From Rhynchobatus australiae (taxonomy: Eukaryota): DNA of 64,000 bases. A program made the position numbers and the translations under genes. Of this stretch, positions 62,664-64,000 are shown piece after piece. Under the pieces are notes generated by a model, which was given only the letters and a program-made list of their open reading frames with translations, was not told the origin of the DNA and did not search any database. The stretch is from assembly GCA_034780895.1 (NCBI GenBank), contig JAUZTB010000069.1, forward strand, positions 11,992,669 through 12,056,668, given 5' to 3'. How positions within the stretch are numbered: position 1 is the first letter of the stretch; each line of letters begins with the position of its first letter.

Positions 62664-64000
62664 AAACATGTTGAACGAGGACAAGGACTCATTAAATCGA
62701 AGTAGATGAATTATAAATAATGAAGAAATTAATGATAATTAAGAGTGTTAAGATCATATTAATCAGATGCTTTCCTACTCAGGAAGTATTATCTGGCATC
62801 TAATATAACATCAACAAATTACAGAAATCTAAAATTAAGATGGATGCATAAAATAAAAAGTTTTCAGTGGGTTAGAATGATTCAACAAGCTATTATCTGT
62901 TGAGATCAGTGACCAACATCAATGAAAATAAAATTGTTTTTAACCTGCATTTCATAAACTTCATGGAAAAGTTTTGGGCAGTAATAATGATACAAATAAT
63001 ACCGATATTAATATTACTCAATGAATAATTTATGAGAAAAGCAATACAAAATAAACTTAACCTCCATTATATATTTTTCTTGCAAAATGACGACTTATTA
63101 CTGGAGTGCATTCTTTCCACTAAAATGGGAAAAATGTACGGGAGTAGGACTAATTAGATAGCTCTTTCAGAGAGTTGGCTCAGATACAATGGGCCAAAAG
63201 GCCTTTCTGTGTGAACAGACACCAACATAAAAATAAGAATCAAAGAAATGATTTTGGCCTAGAAATGAAATTGTTTCCAGCAGAGACTTCAAAATTATAA
63301 TACAGTAAAATGAAAGTGAATGAGGTAGTGTTAATTCCATTTTTAGACATGGCATAGCTAATTTCATCCATCACAGTGCAAAAGAATGATGCATCTGGTT
63401 GACTCGAGGCTCAGCAAATGTCTATCCAAATACAAAGTATCTTCAAATATGGTAGGAGAGTTATAGTGTGTATTCTGGATTCCAGCCAAGCAGAAGAACC
63501 CTGTTTACAACACTTCATTCCTGGCAAGCTTTTAAATTGTCCTGTTTTGGAAACAACTGTTTTATATATGTATACACATAGGCATGCACACGGTCCAGAA
63601 AGTTCAATATTTACATGCTTGAGACACCAGATATGGGAAAAGAAATTGCTCTCTTAACACTTTAACTATAGTCAGGCTGGTTTAGAAATGATGGTCTCCA
63701 CAGACTTCCCGATCAATTTNNNNNNNNNNNNNNNNNNNNNNNNNNNNNNNNNNNNNNNNNNNNNNNNNNNNNNNNNNNNNNNNNNNNNNNNNNNNNNNNN
63801 NNNNNNNNNNNNNNNNNNNNNNNNNNNNNNNNNNNNNNNNNNNNNNNNNNNNNNNNNNNNNNNNNNNNNNNNNNNNNNNNNNNNNNNNNNNNNNNNNNNN
63901 NNNNNNNNNNNNNNNNNNNNNNNNNNNNNNNNNNNNNNNNNNNNNNNNNNAAACATAGCTGTTAATTAAGCAAAATCCAAGCAATGACTATTGAAAGGAC

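Noticed and set aside
43476-64000. Search for FNBP1 exon 1 (MSWGTELW) and a CpG-island promoter
   Set aside because: Not found by eye and no CpG island is present. It most likely lies beyond the right edge or in a gap.

Overview
Eukaryotic (vertebrate) genomic DNA, AT-rich and repeat-dense, from a gapped draft scaffold. The repeat content (CR1/HER1-type LINEs, HE1-like SINEs, Rex1/Babar LINEs, Penelope-like GIY-YIG elements, Deu-domain SINEs) points to a cartilaginous fish, probably a ray or shark (inference). The window lies inside one minus-strand gene, an F-BAR protein best matching FNBP1 (FBP17). Six coding exons with canonical GT-AG sites were read directly: 43360-43475, 38007-38063, 15987-16049, 13380-13484, 2458-2586 and 18-164, equivalent to human exons 2, 3, 5, 6, 7 and 8. 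Exon 4 is required by phase but was not found and probably sits in an N gap. Exon 1 was not found and probably lies beyond the right edge; the HR1/SH3 exons would lie beyond the left edge. Most ORFs in the supplied track are spurious, N-spanning or decayed retroelement fragments. I found no convincing novel multi-gene system. The best second-look items are two long intronic hairpins (20603-20689 and 23582-23692), a motif-dense candidate enhancer, nested and tail-swapped retroelements, and templated-insertion scars. Repeat family names are from recalled consensus motifs, not database searches, and repeat boundaries are approximate.
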